From: Eledone cirrhosa
Taxonomy: Eukaryota
Length of the DNA: 64,000 nucleotides
Assembly (NCBI GenBank): GCA_964016885.1
Contig: OZ024759.1
Coordinates: 8,866,001 to 8,930,000, forward strand
Direction of reading: 5' to 3'
Shown here one piece after another: positions 28,155-43,204 of the stretch. Under the pieces are notes generated by a model. It did no database searches. It saw only the letters and a list, made by a program, of their open reading frames with translations, and was not told the origin of the DNA. A program made the position numbers and the translations under genes. Each line of letters starts with the position of its first letter. Positions within the stretch are counted from its first letter, which is position 1.

Positions 28155-29101
28155 TATATATATATGATATATATATATCGTATATATATGATATATATAT
28201 ATCGTATATATATATATATATCGTATATATATATATATATATCGTATATATATATATATATATCGTATATATATGATATATATATATCGTATATATATGA
28301 TATATATATATCGTATATATATGATATATATATATATCGTATATATATGATATATATATATATCGTATATATATGATATATATATATATCGTATATATAT
28401 GATATATATATATCGTATATATATGATATATATATATATCGTATATATATGATATATATATATATCGTATATATATGATATATATATATATCGTATATAT
28501 ATATATATATCGTATATATATATATATATATATCGTATATATATGATATATATATATCGTATATATATGATATATATATATCGTATATATATGATATATA
28601 TATATCGTATATATATGATATATATATATCGTATATATATGATATATATATATCGTATATATATGATATATATATATCGTATATATATGATATATATGTA
28701 TCGTATATATATGATATATATATATCGTATATATATCATATATATATCGTATATATATGATATATATATATCGTATATATATGATATATATATATGATAT
28801 ATATATATGATATATAGATATATAGATATAGATATAGATATGATATATATATATAGATATATATATTGTATATATATATTGTATATATATATATAGATAT
28901 AGATATGATATATATATATAGATATATATATTGTATATATATATGATATATATATACAATATATATATGATATATATATACAATATATATATCATATATA
29001 TATACAATATATATATCATATATATATACAATATATATATCATATATATATACAATATATATATCATATATATATACAATATATATATCATATATATATA
29101 T

Positions 29102-29132
<31 letters not shown>

Positions 29133-29379
29133 CGTATATATATATATATATATATCGTATATATATATATATATATATATATCGTATATATATATATATA
29201 TATCGTATATATATATATATATATCGTATATATATATATATATATATCGTATATATATATATATATATATCGTATATATATATATATATATATATCGTAT
29301 GTATATATATATATATATATATATATCGTATATATATATATATATATATATCGTATATATATATATATATATATATATC

Positions 29380-29419
<40 letters not shown>

Positions 29420-29452
29420 TATATATATATATATCGTATATATATATATATC

Positions 29453-29490
<38 letters not shown>

Positions 29491-29702
29491 TATATATATA
29501 TATATCGTATATATATATCGTATATATATATATATCGTATATATATATCGTATATATATATATATCGTATATATATATCGTATATATATATATATCGTAT
29601 ATATATATCGTATATATATATCGTATATATATATATATCGTATATATATATCGTATATATATATATATATATATCGTATATATATATATATATATATATA
29701 TC

Positions 29703-29740
<38 letters not shown>

Positions 29741-30581
29741 TATATATATCATATATATATATCGTATATATATATATATATCATATATATATATCGTATA
29801 TATATCATATATATATATCGTATATATATCATATATATATATCGTATATATATATATCGTATATATATATCGTATATATATATATCGTATATATATATAT
29901 ATATCGTATATATATATATATATATCGTATATATATATATATATCGTATATATATATATCGTATATATATATGATATATATATATATATATCGTATATAT
30001 ATATGATATATATATATATATCGTATATATATATGATATATATATATATACGATATATATCGTATATATATATGATATATATATATATACGTATATATAT
30101 GATATATATATATCGTATATATATGATATATATATATCGTATATATATGATATATATATATCGTATATATATGATATATATATATCGTATATATATGATA
30201 TATATATATCGTATATATATGATATATATATATCGTATATATATGATATATATATATCATATATATATCGTATATATATGATATATATATATGATATATA
30301 TATATGATATATAGATATATATATGATATATATATATAGATATATATATATAGATATAGATATGATATATATATATAGATATAGATATGATATATATATA
30401 TAGATATATATATTGTATATATATATGATATATATATACAATATATATATCATATATATATACAATATATATATCATATATATATACAATATATATATCA
30501 TATATATATACAATATATATATCATATATATATACAATATATATATCATATATATATACAATATATATATCATATATATAT

Positions 30582-30638
<57 letters not shown>

Positions 30639-30661
30639 TATATATATATATATATATATAT

Positions 30662-30692
<31 letters not shown>

Positions 30693-30807
30693 CATATATA
30701 TATATATATATCATAAATATATATATATATGATATATATATATATATCATATATATATATATATATCATATATATATATATATATCATATATATATCATA
30801 TATATAT

Positions 30808-30856
<49 letters not shown>

Positions 30857-30937
30857 CATATATATATATATCATATATATATACAATATATATACATATA
30901 TATACAATATATATATATATATATATACAATATATAT

Positions 30938-31008
<71 letters not shown>

Positions 31009-31017
31009 TATATATAT

Positions 31018-31048
<31 letters not shown>

Positions 31049-31059
31049 CATATATATAT

Positions 31060-31122
<63 letters not shown>

Positions 31123-31209
31123 TATATATATACAATATATGTATATATATATATATATATATATCATATATATATACAATATATGTATATATATATATAT
31201 ATATATATC

Positions 31210-31252
<43 letters not shown>

Positions 31253-31256
31253 TATC

Positions 31257-31293
<37 letters not shown>

Positions 31294-31727
31294 TATCGTA
31301 TATAAATATATCGTATATATATATATCGTATATATATATATATATATATCGTATATATATATATATATATATATATCGTATATATATATATATATATATC
31401 GTATATATATATATATCGTATATATATATATATATATATCGTATATATATATATATATATATCGTATATATATATATATCGTATATATATATATATATAT
31501 ATCGTATATATATATATATTGTATATATATATATATATATATATATCGTATATATATATATATATATATATATCGTATATATATATATATATATATCGTA
31601 TATATATATCGTATATATATATCGTATATATATATCGTATATATATATATATCGTATATATATATCGTATATATATATATATCGTATATATATATATATA
31701 TATATATCGTATATATATATATATATC

Positions 31728-31810
<83 letters not shown>

Positions 31811-31964
31811 TATATATATATATATATATCATATATATATATCGTATATATATCATATATATATATCATATATATATCATATATATATATCGTATATATA
31901 TCATATATATATATCGTATATATATCATATATATATATCGTATATATATCATATATATATATCG

Positions 31965-31995
<31 letters not shown>

Positions 31996-32061
31996 TATAT
32001 ATATATATATATATATCGTATATATATATATATATCGTATATATATCATATATATATATCG

Positions 32062-32092
<31 letters not shown>

Positions 32093-32551
32093 TATATATA
32101 TATATATCGTATATATATATATATCGTATATATATATGATATATATATATCGTATATATATATGATATATATATATATCATATATATATACAATATATAT
32201 ATATATATATATATATCATATATATATCATATATATATATATATATAGTATACATATGATATATATATCGTATATATATGATATATTTATATATAGTATA
32301 CATATGATATATATATATATATCGTATATATATGATATATATATATATATAGTATATATATGATATATATATATATATAGTATACATATGATATATATAT
32401 ATATATATATATATCGTATATATATATATATATATATCGTATATATATGATATATATATATATATATCGTATATATATGATATATATATATATATCGTAT
32501 ACATATGATATATATATATATATATATCATATATATATACAATATATATAT

Positions 32552-32620
<69 letters not shown>

Positions 32621-32872
32621 TATATATATATATATATATATATCGTATATATATATATATATATATATCGTATATATATATATATATATATCGTATATAT
32701 ATATATATATCGTATATATATATATATATCGTATATATATATATATATCGTATATATATGATATATATATATATATCGTATATATATGATATATATATAT
32801 ATATCGTATATATATGATATATATATATATATATATATATATCGTATATATATATATATATATATATATATC

Positions 32873-32911
<39 letters not shown>

Positions 32912-32968
32912 ATATATATATATATATATTGTATATATACATGATATATATCATATATATCATATATA

Positions 32969-33007
<39 letters not shown>

Positions 33008-33120
33008 ATATATATATATATATATTGTATATATACATGATATATATATATATATCATATATATACAATATATATATATATGATATATATACAATATATA
33101 TATATATACATATATATATA
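27446..33120. repeat. 5.7-kb degenerate (TA)n tract
   Basis: TA runs punctuated by cg, ga/tc and caa/ttg. Confidence 0.95.
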
Positions 33121-34112
33121 GGGAGCAGCGGCTGTTAGGGCAAGGCGTGTTTTCTCGGGCTCTGCTCGAGTCAGTAGCAACACATAACCACGTGTTGCTA
33201 CACACAAGGGGAAAGAGAAAAATTATGAGACCAATAGAGATATGTACATTTATATTTATATCTAAATATTGCTATTATCATTTACAGTCCTTCTGTGTTT
33301 AATGTATGTTCATTAGTATATGTGTTGTTATTTCTGCTTACATTTTGCATACATACATACATATATATATCAATGCTTGCGTGAACCTCTCAAAAAAAAA
33401 ATTCGTTGGATTTTCTAATTGGAATTCCGAAACTGGATACCAACACTGAATACACCTGAACTTCTACCAGGAAATCTTTCGTATCATTGAAATCTTCTTT
33501 TCTTTTCTTCTTATATATTATATATACTTGTCCGCCATTGCAAAAGGCCATAAATTCAAAAAATTTTGAAGAGAGAAGTGAATTATGAACTTATACATCT
33601 CACTGACTCCCCCGCCACCATAATAACAATAACGCCTTCACTCGCTCCCCACCATCACCACCGTACTCATTACTCTATCTAAGATGGCTGACCTGTTCCC
33701 CCGTTCTGTTCCTTGTTGACATACTGCTGACTCTTTTGATGTATGTATGTGTATATACATATATATATATGTGTGTGTATATGTATATCTCAGTGGATGC
33801 GACCAGATTTCAACACAGCAACAACTACAACAACAACAGCAGCAACAACAACGGCAACAACACCATCGTCTGTGTTGAATGTGTGTGTGTGTATGTATTT
33901 GTGTATATATGCGACAGCAATAACAGCATCAACACCATTGTCTGCAGCAACAGCAGCAGTGAAATGAAGAAGAACAACAACAACAGCGACGGCGCAGCAA
34001 CAACTACAATAACAACTACAGCACCAACAACTGCCACCACCATCACTGACCATCCACCACCACCACCATTACCAGCGTAAAGCAAACTATTATTATTATT
34101 ATTATATACAGT

Positions 34113-34510
34113 AGGGCGGTGGATTGGCAGTATCGGTAGAGGGTCGGACGCCATGCTTTGACGCATAGAGTTACGGCCCTTGCCATTCTGAGTTCAAATC
34201 CCGCCGAGGTTAACTTTGCCTTTCATCCTTACGGGGTCGATAAAATAAAGTACCAGTAATACACTGGGTAATTTCTGGCCTTGTGCCAAACGTAGAAACA
34301 ATTATTATTATATACAGTGGATTGGCAGTATCGGTAGAGGGTCGGACGCCATGCTTTCCAGCATAGTTACGTCCCTTTACGATCTGAGTTCAAATCCCGC
34401 CGAGGTTGACTTTGCCTTTCATCCTTACGGGGTCGATAAAATATAGTACCAGTAATGCACTGGGTAATTGCTGGCCTTGTGCCTAAAGTAGAAACAATTA
34501 TTATTATTAT
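34113..34510 (+). mobile_element. Two head-to-tail Meta/MESC-type SINEs
   Basis: Copies at about 34113-34310 and 34317-34510. Confidence 0.85.
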
Positions 34511-34799
34511 ATACAAGCTGAACTGGACTGGGAAAGGTCAACAGTTGACATGATATTGATTTTGATTTAGTATTTGTATCAGTACTGTCGGTAATATATA
34601 TATATATGTGTGTGTGTTTGTGAGTGGTGTGATTGTATGCATGAATGAGTGTTGGTATGTGAGTGGCGTGTGTGTGGTTGTGGTTTGTATGCATGAGTGT
34701 TGGTGTGTGAGTGTGTGTGCGTCGTGTCAATAAGTTTTTTTGTTTTTTTTTTATGACCATGCTGTAAAATGGAGGGGTAGAGAGGGCCCTTGAGTCTAG

Positions 34800-37612
34800 T
34801 AAGACATCCTCTCTAGTGCTGGTGGCACAAATAAAAGCACCCAGTCCATGCTGTAAAGTGGCGCTGGTGTTAGGAAGGGCATCCAACCAGTGTATCAATG
34901 CCAAAACGCTTATCAGCACAGCAACAAATAGGAACAACAACAAAATATGAAGACGTCGCATCTCAGAGTTGCAACACTTAATGTTGGCACTCTCAGAGGT
35001 AGATCTGCTGAAATAGCGGAGATGCTGGAGAGAAGGCAGGTGGATGTGTGCTGCGTGCAAGAGGTGAGATGGAGAGCTGCCTCTGCGAGACTAGTCGTAG
35101 GCAAACGTCTTAGCTATAAGCTCTTCTGGGTAGGTAAGGATGATGGGTTAGGGGGAGTAGGCATTTTCCTGGCTGAGAAAGAAATGGATCAATAAGACAA
35201 TAGAGGTAGTTCGAGTTAGTAATCGAATAATTAAGCTTAGATTAGTTGTAGGCAGGAGACTACTGACAATCATCTCGGCCTATGTTCCCCAAGCAGGCCT
35301 AGGCAAAGATGAGAAAGACTGCTTTTATGAGCAACTTTTACAAACAACCGCAATGACAGAGGACGGAGACATCGTTATGCTAGCAGGAGACTTCAATGGT
35401 CATGTTGGACATCTCCAGGATGGTTACACTGGGGTACATGGTGGGCACGGTTACGGTTCAAGAAATGAAGAAGGAGTGAGACTTCTTGAATTTTGTGATG
35501 CAGGTACATTGACTATTTGCAACACAAACTTCCAGAAACCTGCCAATCACCTAATAACCTACAAATCTGGTGAGCACTTAAGCCAGATTGACTTCCTACT
35601 AGTTAGGCAGCGGGACAGGCAGATAGTGTCTAATACCAAGGCATACCCTGGGGAAGAATGTACCCCACAGCATAGGTTAGTTGTTAGTGATATCTCAGTA
35701 AGCAAGAGATGGAATGAGACATATAGGAAGGTGTGGAGAAGAAAGGTCTGGAAGCTAAAAGACCTTTCACTAAAATACAAATTTAGGAAAGCCCTTCAAG
35801 ATGTATATGACGTATAGACGTATGACATAGATAATAACTGGAATTTCTTACGTGACAACTTGCTGCAGGCTACTGATGAAACTTGTGGCTGGAGCAGAGC
35901 TCCAACCAGATAGAGAGTGACCTGGTGGTAGAACAGCACAGTAGATAAGGCTATTAGAGACAAAAGACTAGCATGGAAGGCTTGGAAAAAGTGTGGGAGT
36001 AGGGAAGAATATACAGCCACTAGGAGAGAAGCTAGACGTCAGGTGTACTTAGCACGCAGGGAGGCAGAGAGTAGGAGGTTTGCCAATGTTCTGCGACGGG
36101 AAGATCAGAGGCGTGTGGTGTTCCACATTGCAAGGCAGTGTGTCAATGCAAATCAGGATGTTGTTGGAGATAAATGTGTCCGGGATGATGCTGGTGTACT
36201 TAGTGTCACGAATGATCAGAAAAAGGAGGCCTGGAAATGTCATTACGAGAGACTGATGAATGTGGAGAACAAATGGGAGAGAGAGAAATTACCCTTGGTA
36301 GATCCGACAGAGGGACCAGCTATTAAGATTGACGAATATAGGGTCCAAGAGGCGATTAGGGAAATGAAAAATGGTAAGGCTGCCGGACCATCAGGAATAG
36401 TTGCTGAGATGCTGAAGGCATCAGGGGACGTAGGCACTAAACTGGTTGCACTCATCATCAATCAGGCTATTTTTGGTGGTGTCATACCCAAAGACTGGTG
36501 CAGCAGTATTCTCATAAATTGCTACAAAGGTAAAGGGGATGCTCTGGAGAGGAGCAATTATAGGGGTATAAAACTGATGGATCAAGTTATGAAAGTGGCA
36601 GAAAGGATTTTAGCACAACTAATTAGAGAAAGGGTCAAACTAGATGAGATGCAGTTTGGTTTTGTGCCTGGGAAGAGTACAAGAGATGCCCTCTTCTTGG
36701 TGAGACAATTGTAAGAGAGGTTCTTAGAGAAGAATAAGCCACTATACTTAGCCTTTGATAGGGGACAAAACCCTGATTCCATCAGGGAAATGGCCATGTT
36801 CGATATGCAGAACAGGAACTGGCATAAATTCTATAAAATGCACACAATGCAGATCCTGGGTACACAAGAGATGTAGCGCGATAACAGGCAAACTAACAGG
36901 TCGGGAGAAATATGTATGCAGTAGATGTACAGGGAAATTAGAAAGTAGAAGTCGCATTGATAGACACATTTTTCAAATGCAGGCGGATGCTATAGAAGTG
37001 GTGGATAGCTTCCGGTACCTAGGAGATCAGATTAGCATGGGAGGAGGGTGTTCCGAGGCCATAGTATCTAGAATAAGGATGGGTTGGAAGAAGTTTAGGG
37101 AGCTGCTTCCTCTGTTGACGAAGAAGGGTTTCTCCCTGCGTACGAAAGGCCGGTTGTATGATGCTTGTGTGAGGAGCGCGATGTTGCATGGTAGTGAGAC
37201 ATGGGCAACTGCAGAGGATATGCGACGGCTGGAGAGAAATGAGGCAAGCATGCTCCGTTGGATGTGCAGTGTAAATGTGCGTGAACGACCCAGCATAAAT
37301 GTGTTGAGAGAGAAACTGTGTCTGAGAGGGATAGAATGTAGTATACGGGAGAGGAGACTGAGGTGGTATGGACATGTGATGCGCATGGAGGATGACCGAT
37401 GGGTGAAGAAGTGCCAGGAATTGCCAGTTGATGGAGGACGTGGTAGAGGTAGACCACGAAAAACATGGGCGGAGGTGGTGAGAACAGACCTCAGATCATT
37501 GAAGCTCACGGTGGAGATGACGAGGGACCGTGACGAGTGGAGAGATGCTGTGCTGAATAAGACCCGTCCCACCCTTGCAAGCAGGGAAAAGCGAACGTAA
37601 AATGATGATGAT
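34800..37612 (+). mobile_element. Near full-length RTE-clade LINE (APE endonuclease, internally deleted RT, PHD-like finger)
   Basis: MKTSHLRVATLNVGTL, VQEVRW, GDFNGHVG and SQIDFLL are APE motifs. RT N-terminus at 36043-36714, C-terminus at 36755-37600, (GAT)n tail. Contains stops and frameshifts. Confidence 0.95.
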
Positions 37613-37733
37613 GATATCATATATATATATATATATATGTAGGAGGTGAGTTTTATTGTAGTACAATAAAGCAATGCAGATATCAGATAAGAATATATAT
37701 ATATATATTTTGTATATATATATGATATATTTT

Positions 37734-38084
37734 CATCATCATCATCATCATCATTTCATTTTGCGTCCGCTTTTTCCCTGCTTGCAAGGGTGGGACAGGA
37801 ACTGATTTTTTGGCTTGATTTCTACAGCTGGATGCCATTCCTAACACCAACCTCATTTACAGTGAGTGCTGGGTGCTTTTTTGCCGTGGCACCTCCACGA
37901 CCACTTTGCAGTTGAATGATAGGGACCCCAGTCCCTATCATCTCATTTCTACAGCTGAGTAAACTGGAGCAATGTGAAATAAAGTGTCTTGCTCAAGGAA
38001 ACAACACATCACCCGGTCTGAGAATTGAACTCACAACCTTTCGATTGCAAGGCCAATGCTCTAACCACTAAGCCATGTGCCTCC
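37734..38084 (-). mobile_element. Full-length CORE-type SINE
   Basis: tRNA-like head ggaggcacatggcttagtggttagagc...gagttcaattc, CORE-like body and RTE tail. Confidence 0.88.
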
Positions 38085-38089
38085 AACAA

Positions 38090-38270
38090 TTTTAGGGGAC
38101 GAGAAAGTCGATTAAATCGAGCCTTGTGCGTTTATTTTATTGACCCCCTAAAGGTGAAAGACAAAGCAAACCTCAGCAGGATTTGAACTCAGAATGTAAA
38201 GGGCCATAACTATATGCTGCAAAGCATGTTGTTTAACGCCCTACAGATATTGCCAATCAACTGCCTTAGT
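38090..38270 (-). mobile_element. Older diverged Meta/MESC-type SINE
   Basis: tttattgacccc...gaaag...aacctcagcaggatttgaactcag. Confidence 0.7.
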
Positions 38271-38347
38271 TAATAAAAATAATAAATAAAAGAAACAGGG
38301 GAAATCAGAAAAAAACTCTGTATATATATATGATATATATATATATG

Positions 38348-38421
<74 letters not shown>

Positions 38422-38560
38422 ATATATATATATATATATATGATGTATATATGATATATATATATATATATATATGATGTATATATATATATATATATGA
38501 TATATATATATATATATATGATATATATATATATATATGATATATATATATATATATATA

Positions 38561-38599
<39 letters not shown>

Positions 38600-38658
38600 A
38601 TATATATATATATATATGATATATATATATATATGATATATATATATATATATATATG

Positions 38659-38689
<31 letters not shown>

Positions 38690-38767
38690 ATATATATATG
38701 ATATATATATATATATGAATAAGTAAAAGCGAAGTAGTTTCAGATGTTCAAGTCCTTTAATAATAAT

Positions 38768-38841
38768 GCTGTGATATATATTTCAATGACGACACTGGCC
38801 ACACTGTTCTGTGTGCGAGTGTCGTGACATCATCAGACAGC
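38768..38841 (-). ncRNA. Putative type I hammerhead ribozyme (left arm)
   Basis: GCUGU CUGAUGA [long stem II including ACGACACU/AGUGUCGU] GAAAUAUAUAUC ACAGC. Confidence 0.62.
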
Positions 38842-40033
38842 TTGTTACATAATAAGGTTATGTTTCCGAGGCAATCCAAATTGAATCGACATGGGAACGG
38901 ATGAAGTTTGTGCTTTTGGGTTTTTCATCCGTTCCCTTGTGAGTACCAATTCACCCCCACCGGTCTGCGCAAGCGCATGTCCGAAGGAAGTTGACCATTA
39001 GCACCGCAGATTTCAACGAAATTCGCTGTCAGTGGCCCACCTATGCCTTGCCAAAGCTTACTGCTACCATCGCTACTGTGGCAGTCAGCCGAAAGCCAGA
39101 GGGGATGGGAGGGTGTTAGTTTTTATAGGTCATAATACTACCTTTCACTAAGCGTTGACAGTAAGACTGACCATCAACTCATAAGGTAAAATAAACTTAA
39201 TTCTAGGTACTATGGTTTTACATAGTAAGTTAAGAGTGAGAGTTGGGAATAAAAATTAAAATTAAAGGTTAAAATCCTAAATCAAATATCAGAGATTATA
39301 AATTAAACAATAAAGAATTCAAAAATTCTAAATTCAAAAAATTTTTCAAGTGATAATTCGGATTAAGTAAAGATATAGATTGAAGTGAGTAAATAATATG
39401 GAGAGAGATGTTTAAGTAATATGTTCTGGGAGGGATTCTAGTGTTACAGATATTGAACGGCAGTGCTGGACCTTATAAAGGAGGGCAAACCACATGGTTC
39501 AAGGCATTAGTCAATCCGTTACACGGTCATACTTTCCATCACATGGAACAGAGTAAAAGAAAAACAGACAAAAAGTACACAAAAGAGAACACAAAAGAAA
39601 AGAAAAGAAAAGAGACAATAGTGAATAAATGCAAAAACACAGAGTACATATATGTAAAATGATCCATATGATTGTCCATCTGTCTATGTATAGATTGAAT
39701 TCAGGGGGCCTCTGTTCAGAAGCGATTTGAAAGGTAGTATTATGACCTATAAAAACTAACACCCTCCCATCCCCACTGGCTTTCGGCTGACTGCCACAGT
39801 AGCGATGGTAGCAGTAAGCTTTGGCAAGGCATAGGTGGGCCACTGACAGTGAATTTCGTTGAAATCTGCGGTGCTAATGGTCAACTTCCTTCGGACATGC
39901 GCTTGCGCAGACCGGTGGGGGTGAATTGGTACTCACAAGGGAACGGATGAAAAACCCAAAAGCACGAACTTCATCCGTTCCCATGTCGATTCAATTTGGA
40001 TTGCCTCGGAAACATAACCTTATTATGTAACAA

Positions 40034-40107
40034 GCTGTCTGATGATGTCACGACACTCGCACACAGAACAGTGTGGCCAGTGTCGCCATTGAAATATATA
40101 TCACAGC
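40034..40107 (+). ncRNA. Putative type I hammerhead ribozyme (right arm)
   Basis: GCUGU/ACAGC stem I, CUGAUGA and GAAA cores, palindromic AUAUAUAU stem III, AUC triplet. The base of stem II is imperfect. Confidence 0.62.
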
Positions 40108-40275
40108 ATTATTATTAAAGGACTTGAACATCTGAAACTACTTCGTTTATATTTATTCGATATTTACTCCGTCACTCCTATGTGGAAAAAGTACGTTGAG
40201 TGCTTGAATTGAATTGCATCAATGTTTACCCTAATAATATATATATATATATATATACAATATATATATATATAT

Positions 40276-40350
<75 letters not shown>

Positions 40351-40400
40351 ATATATTGTATATATATATATATATACAATATATATATATATATATATTG

Positions 40401-40435
<35 letters not shown>

Positions 40436-40440
40436 TATAT

Positions 40441-40494
<54 letters not shown>

Positions 40495-40510
40495 ATATAT
40501 ATATATATAT

Positions 40511-40556
<46 letters not shown>

Positions 40557-40581
40557 ATATATTGTATATATATATATATAC

Positions 40582-40617
<36 letters not shown>

Positions 40618-40679
40618 ATATATATATATATATCATATATATACATATATATATATATATATTGTATATATATATATAT

Positions 40680-40750
<71 letters not shown>

Positions 40751-40810
40751 ATATATATATATATATTGTATATATATATATATCATATATATACATATAT
40801 ATATATATAT

Positions 40811-40848
<38 letters not shown>

Positions 40849-40900
40849 ATATATATATATATATTGTATATATATATATATATTGTATATATATATATAT

Positions 40901-40936
<36 letters not shown>

Positions 40937-40957
40937 ATATATATATATATATCATAT

Positions 40958-41479
40958 ATCATCATCATCATCATCATCATCATTTTACGTCCGCTTTTCC
41001 CCGCTTGCAAGGGTGGGATGGGTCTTATTCAGCACAGCATCTCTCCACTCGTCACGGTCCCTCGTCATCTCCACCGTGAGCTTCAATGATCTGAGGTCTG
41101 TTCTCACCACCTCCGCCCATGTTTTTCGTGGTCTACCTCTACCACGTCTTCCTTCAACTGGCATTTCCTGGCACTTCTTCACCCATCGGTCATCCTCCAT
41201 GCGCATCACATGTCCATACCACCTCAGTCTCCTCTCCCGTACACTACATTCTATCCCTCTCAGACACAGTTTCTCTCTCAACACATTTATGCTGGGTCGT
41301 TCACGCACATTTACACTGCACATCCAACGGAGCATGCTTGCCTCATTTCTCTCCAGCCGTCGCATATCTTCTGCGGTTGCTGCCCATGTCTCACTACCAT
41401 GCAGCATCGCGCTCCTCACACAGGCATCATACAACCGGCCTTTCGTACGCAGGGAGAAACCCTTCTTCGTCAACAGAGG
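40958..41479 (-). mobile_element. RTE LINE 3' fragment near-identical to 37095-37612
   Basis: ORF 40985-41581 FRELLPLLTKKGFSLRTKG...LASGEKRT. Confidence 0.93.
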
Positions 41480-41496
41480 AAGCAGCTCCCTAAACT

Positions 41497-41555
<59 letters not shown>

Positions 41556-41878
41556 TTGTATATATATATATATATATACAATATATATATATATCATATA
41601 TATATTGTATATATATATATATATACAATATATATATATATCATATATATATTGTATATATATATATATATACAATATATATATATATCATATATATATT
41701 GTATATATATATATATATACAATATATATATATATCATATATATATTGTATATATATATATATATACAATATATATATATATCATATATATATATATATA
41801 TATATATTGTATATATATATATATATATATACAATATATATATATATATAGTATATATATATATATATATATATACAA

Positions 41879-42088
41879 TATAACGAAGGAAATGTGGTAA
41901 GGAACCAGGTGGACCATAACGCACCAAAGTACTCAATACTTGAGGTAGTAGAGTGGGTAATAGGAACCAGTAAGACCCCGACAGCTGAGCTCAAGCCGTT
42001 TCGACGGCTAATTCTGGACTAAAATTTTAGTCCAGAATTAGCCGTCGAAACGGCTTGAGCTCAGCTGTCGGGGTCTTACTGGTTCCTA
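41879..42088 (-). mobile_element. Fold-back element in (TA)n, copy 3 of 3
   Basis: Reverse-orientation match to 27232-27445. Confidence 0.8.
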
Positions 42089-42412
42089 TATACAATATAT
42101 ATATATATATATTATATATATATATATATATATTGTATATATATATATATATACAATATATATATATATTGTATATATATATATATATATACAATATATA
42201 TATATATATATATATCATATATATATATTGTATATATATATATATATATATACAATATATATATATATATATATATATCATATATATATATATCATATAT
42301 ATATATATATTGTATATATATATATATATATTCAATATATATATATATATATATATATATATCATATATATATATATCATATATATATATATTGTATATA
42401 TATATATATATT

Positions 42413-42463
<51 letters not shown>

Positions 42464-42476
42464 ATATATATATATT

Positions 42477-42517
<41 letters not shown>

Positions 42518-42530
42518 ATATATATATATT

Positions 42531-42567
<37 letters not shown>

Positions 42568-42582
42568 ATATATATATATTCA

Positions 42583-42639
<57 letters not shown>

Positions 42640-42738
42640 TGTATATATATATATATATATATATCATATATATATATATATATCATATATATATATATAT
42701 TGTATATATATATATATTCAATATATATATATATATAT

Positions 42739-42816
<78 letters not shown>

Positions 42817-43204
42817 TATATATATATATATCATATATATATATATATTGTATATATATATATATTCAATATATATATATATATATATTGTATATATATA
42901 TATATATATACAATATATATGTATATATATATATATCATATATATATATATATATTGTATATATATATATATATACAATATATATATATATATATATATC
43001 ATATATATATATATATTGTATATATATATATATATTCAATATATATATATATATATTGTATATATATATATATATATACAATATATATATATATATATTG
43101 TATATATATATATATATTCAATATATATATATATTCAATATATATATATATATATTCAATATATATATATATTATATATATCATATATATTGTATATATA
43201 TATG

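Larger units (their letters stand above)
38730..40145. mobile_element. 1.4-kb element with about 418-bp terminal inverted repeats, each carrying a hammerhead motif (Penelope-like derivative)
   Basis: 38730-39147 is the near-perfect reverse complement of 39728-40145. Flanked by TA tracts. Confidence 0.8.

Noticed and set aside
33121-33245. GC-richer island with hairpin gtagcaacac...gtgttgctac at the end of the TA tract
   Set aside because: It is probably a TE fragment, but it is single-copy here with no diagnostic motif, so I could not classify it.
33736-34166. Asn/Thr/Gln-rich ORFs
   Set aside because: These are low-complexity (CAA/CAG/CAC)n microsatellites with no splice or domain support.
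38010-38084. tRNA gene
   Set aside because: It has A/B boxes but runs straight into a SINE body and lacks a full cloverleaf acceptor stem.
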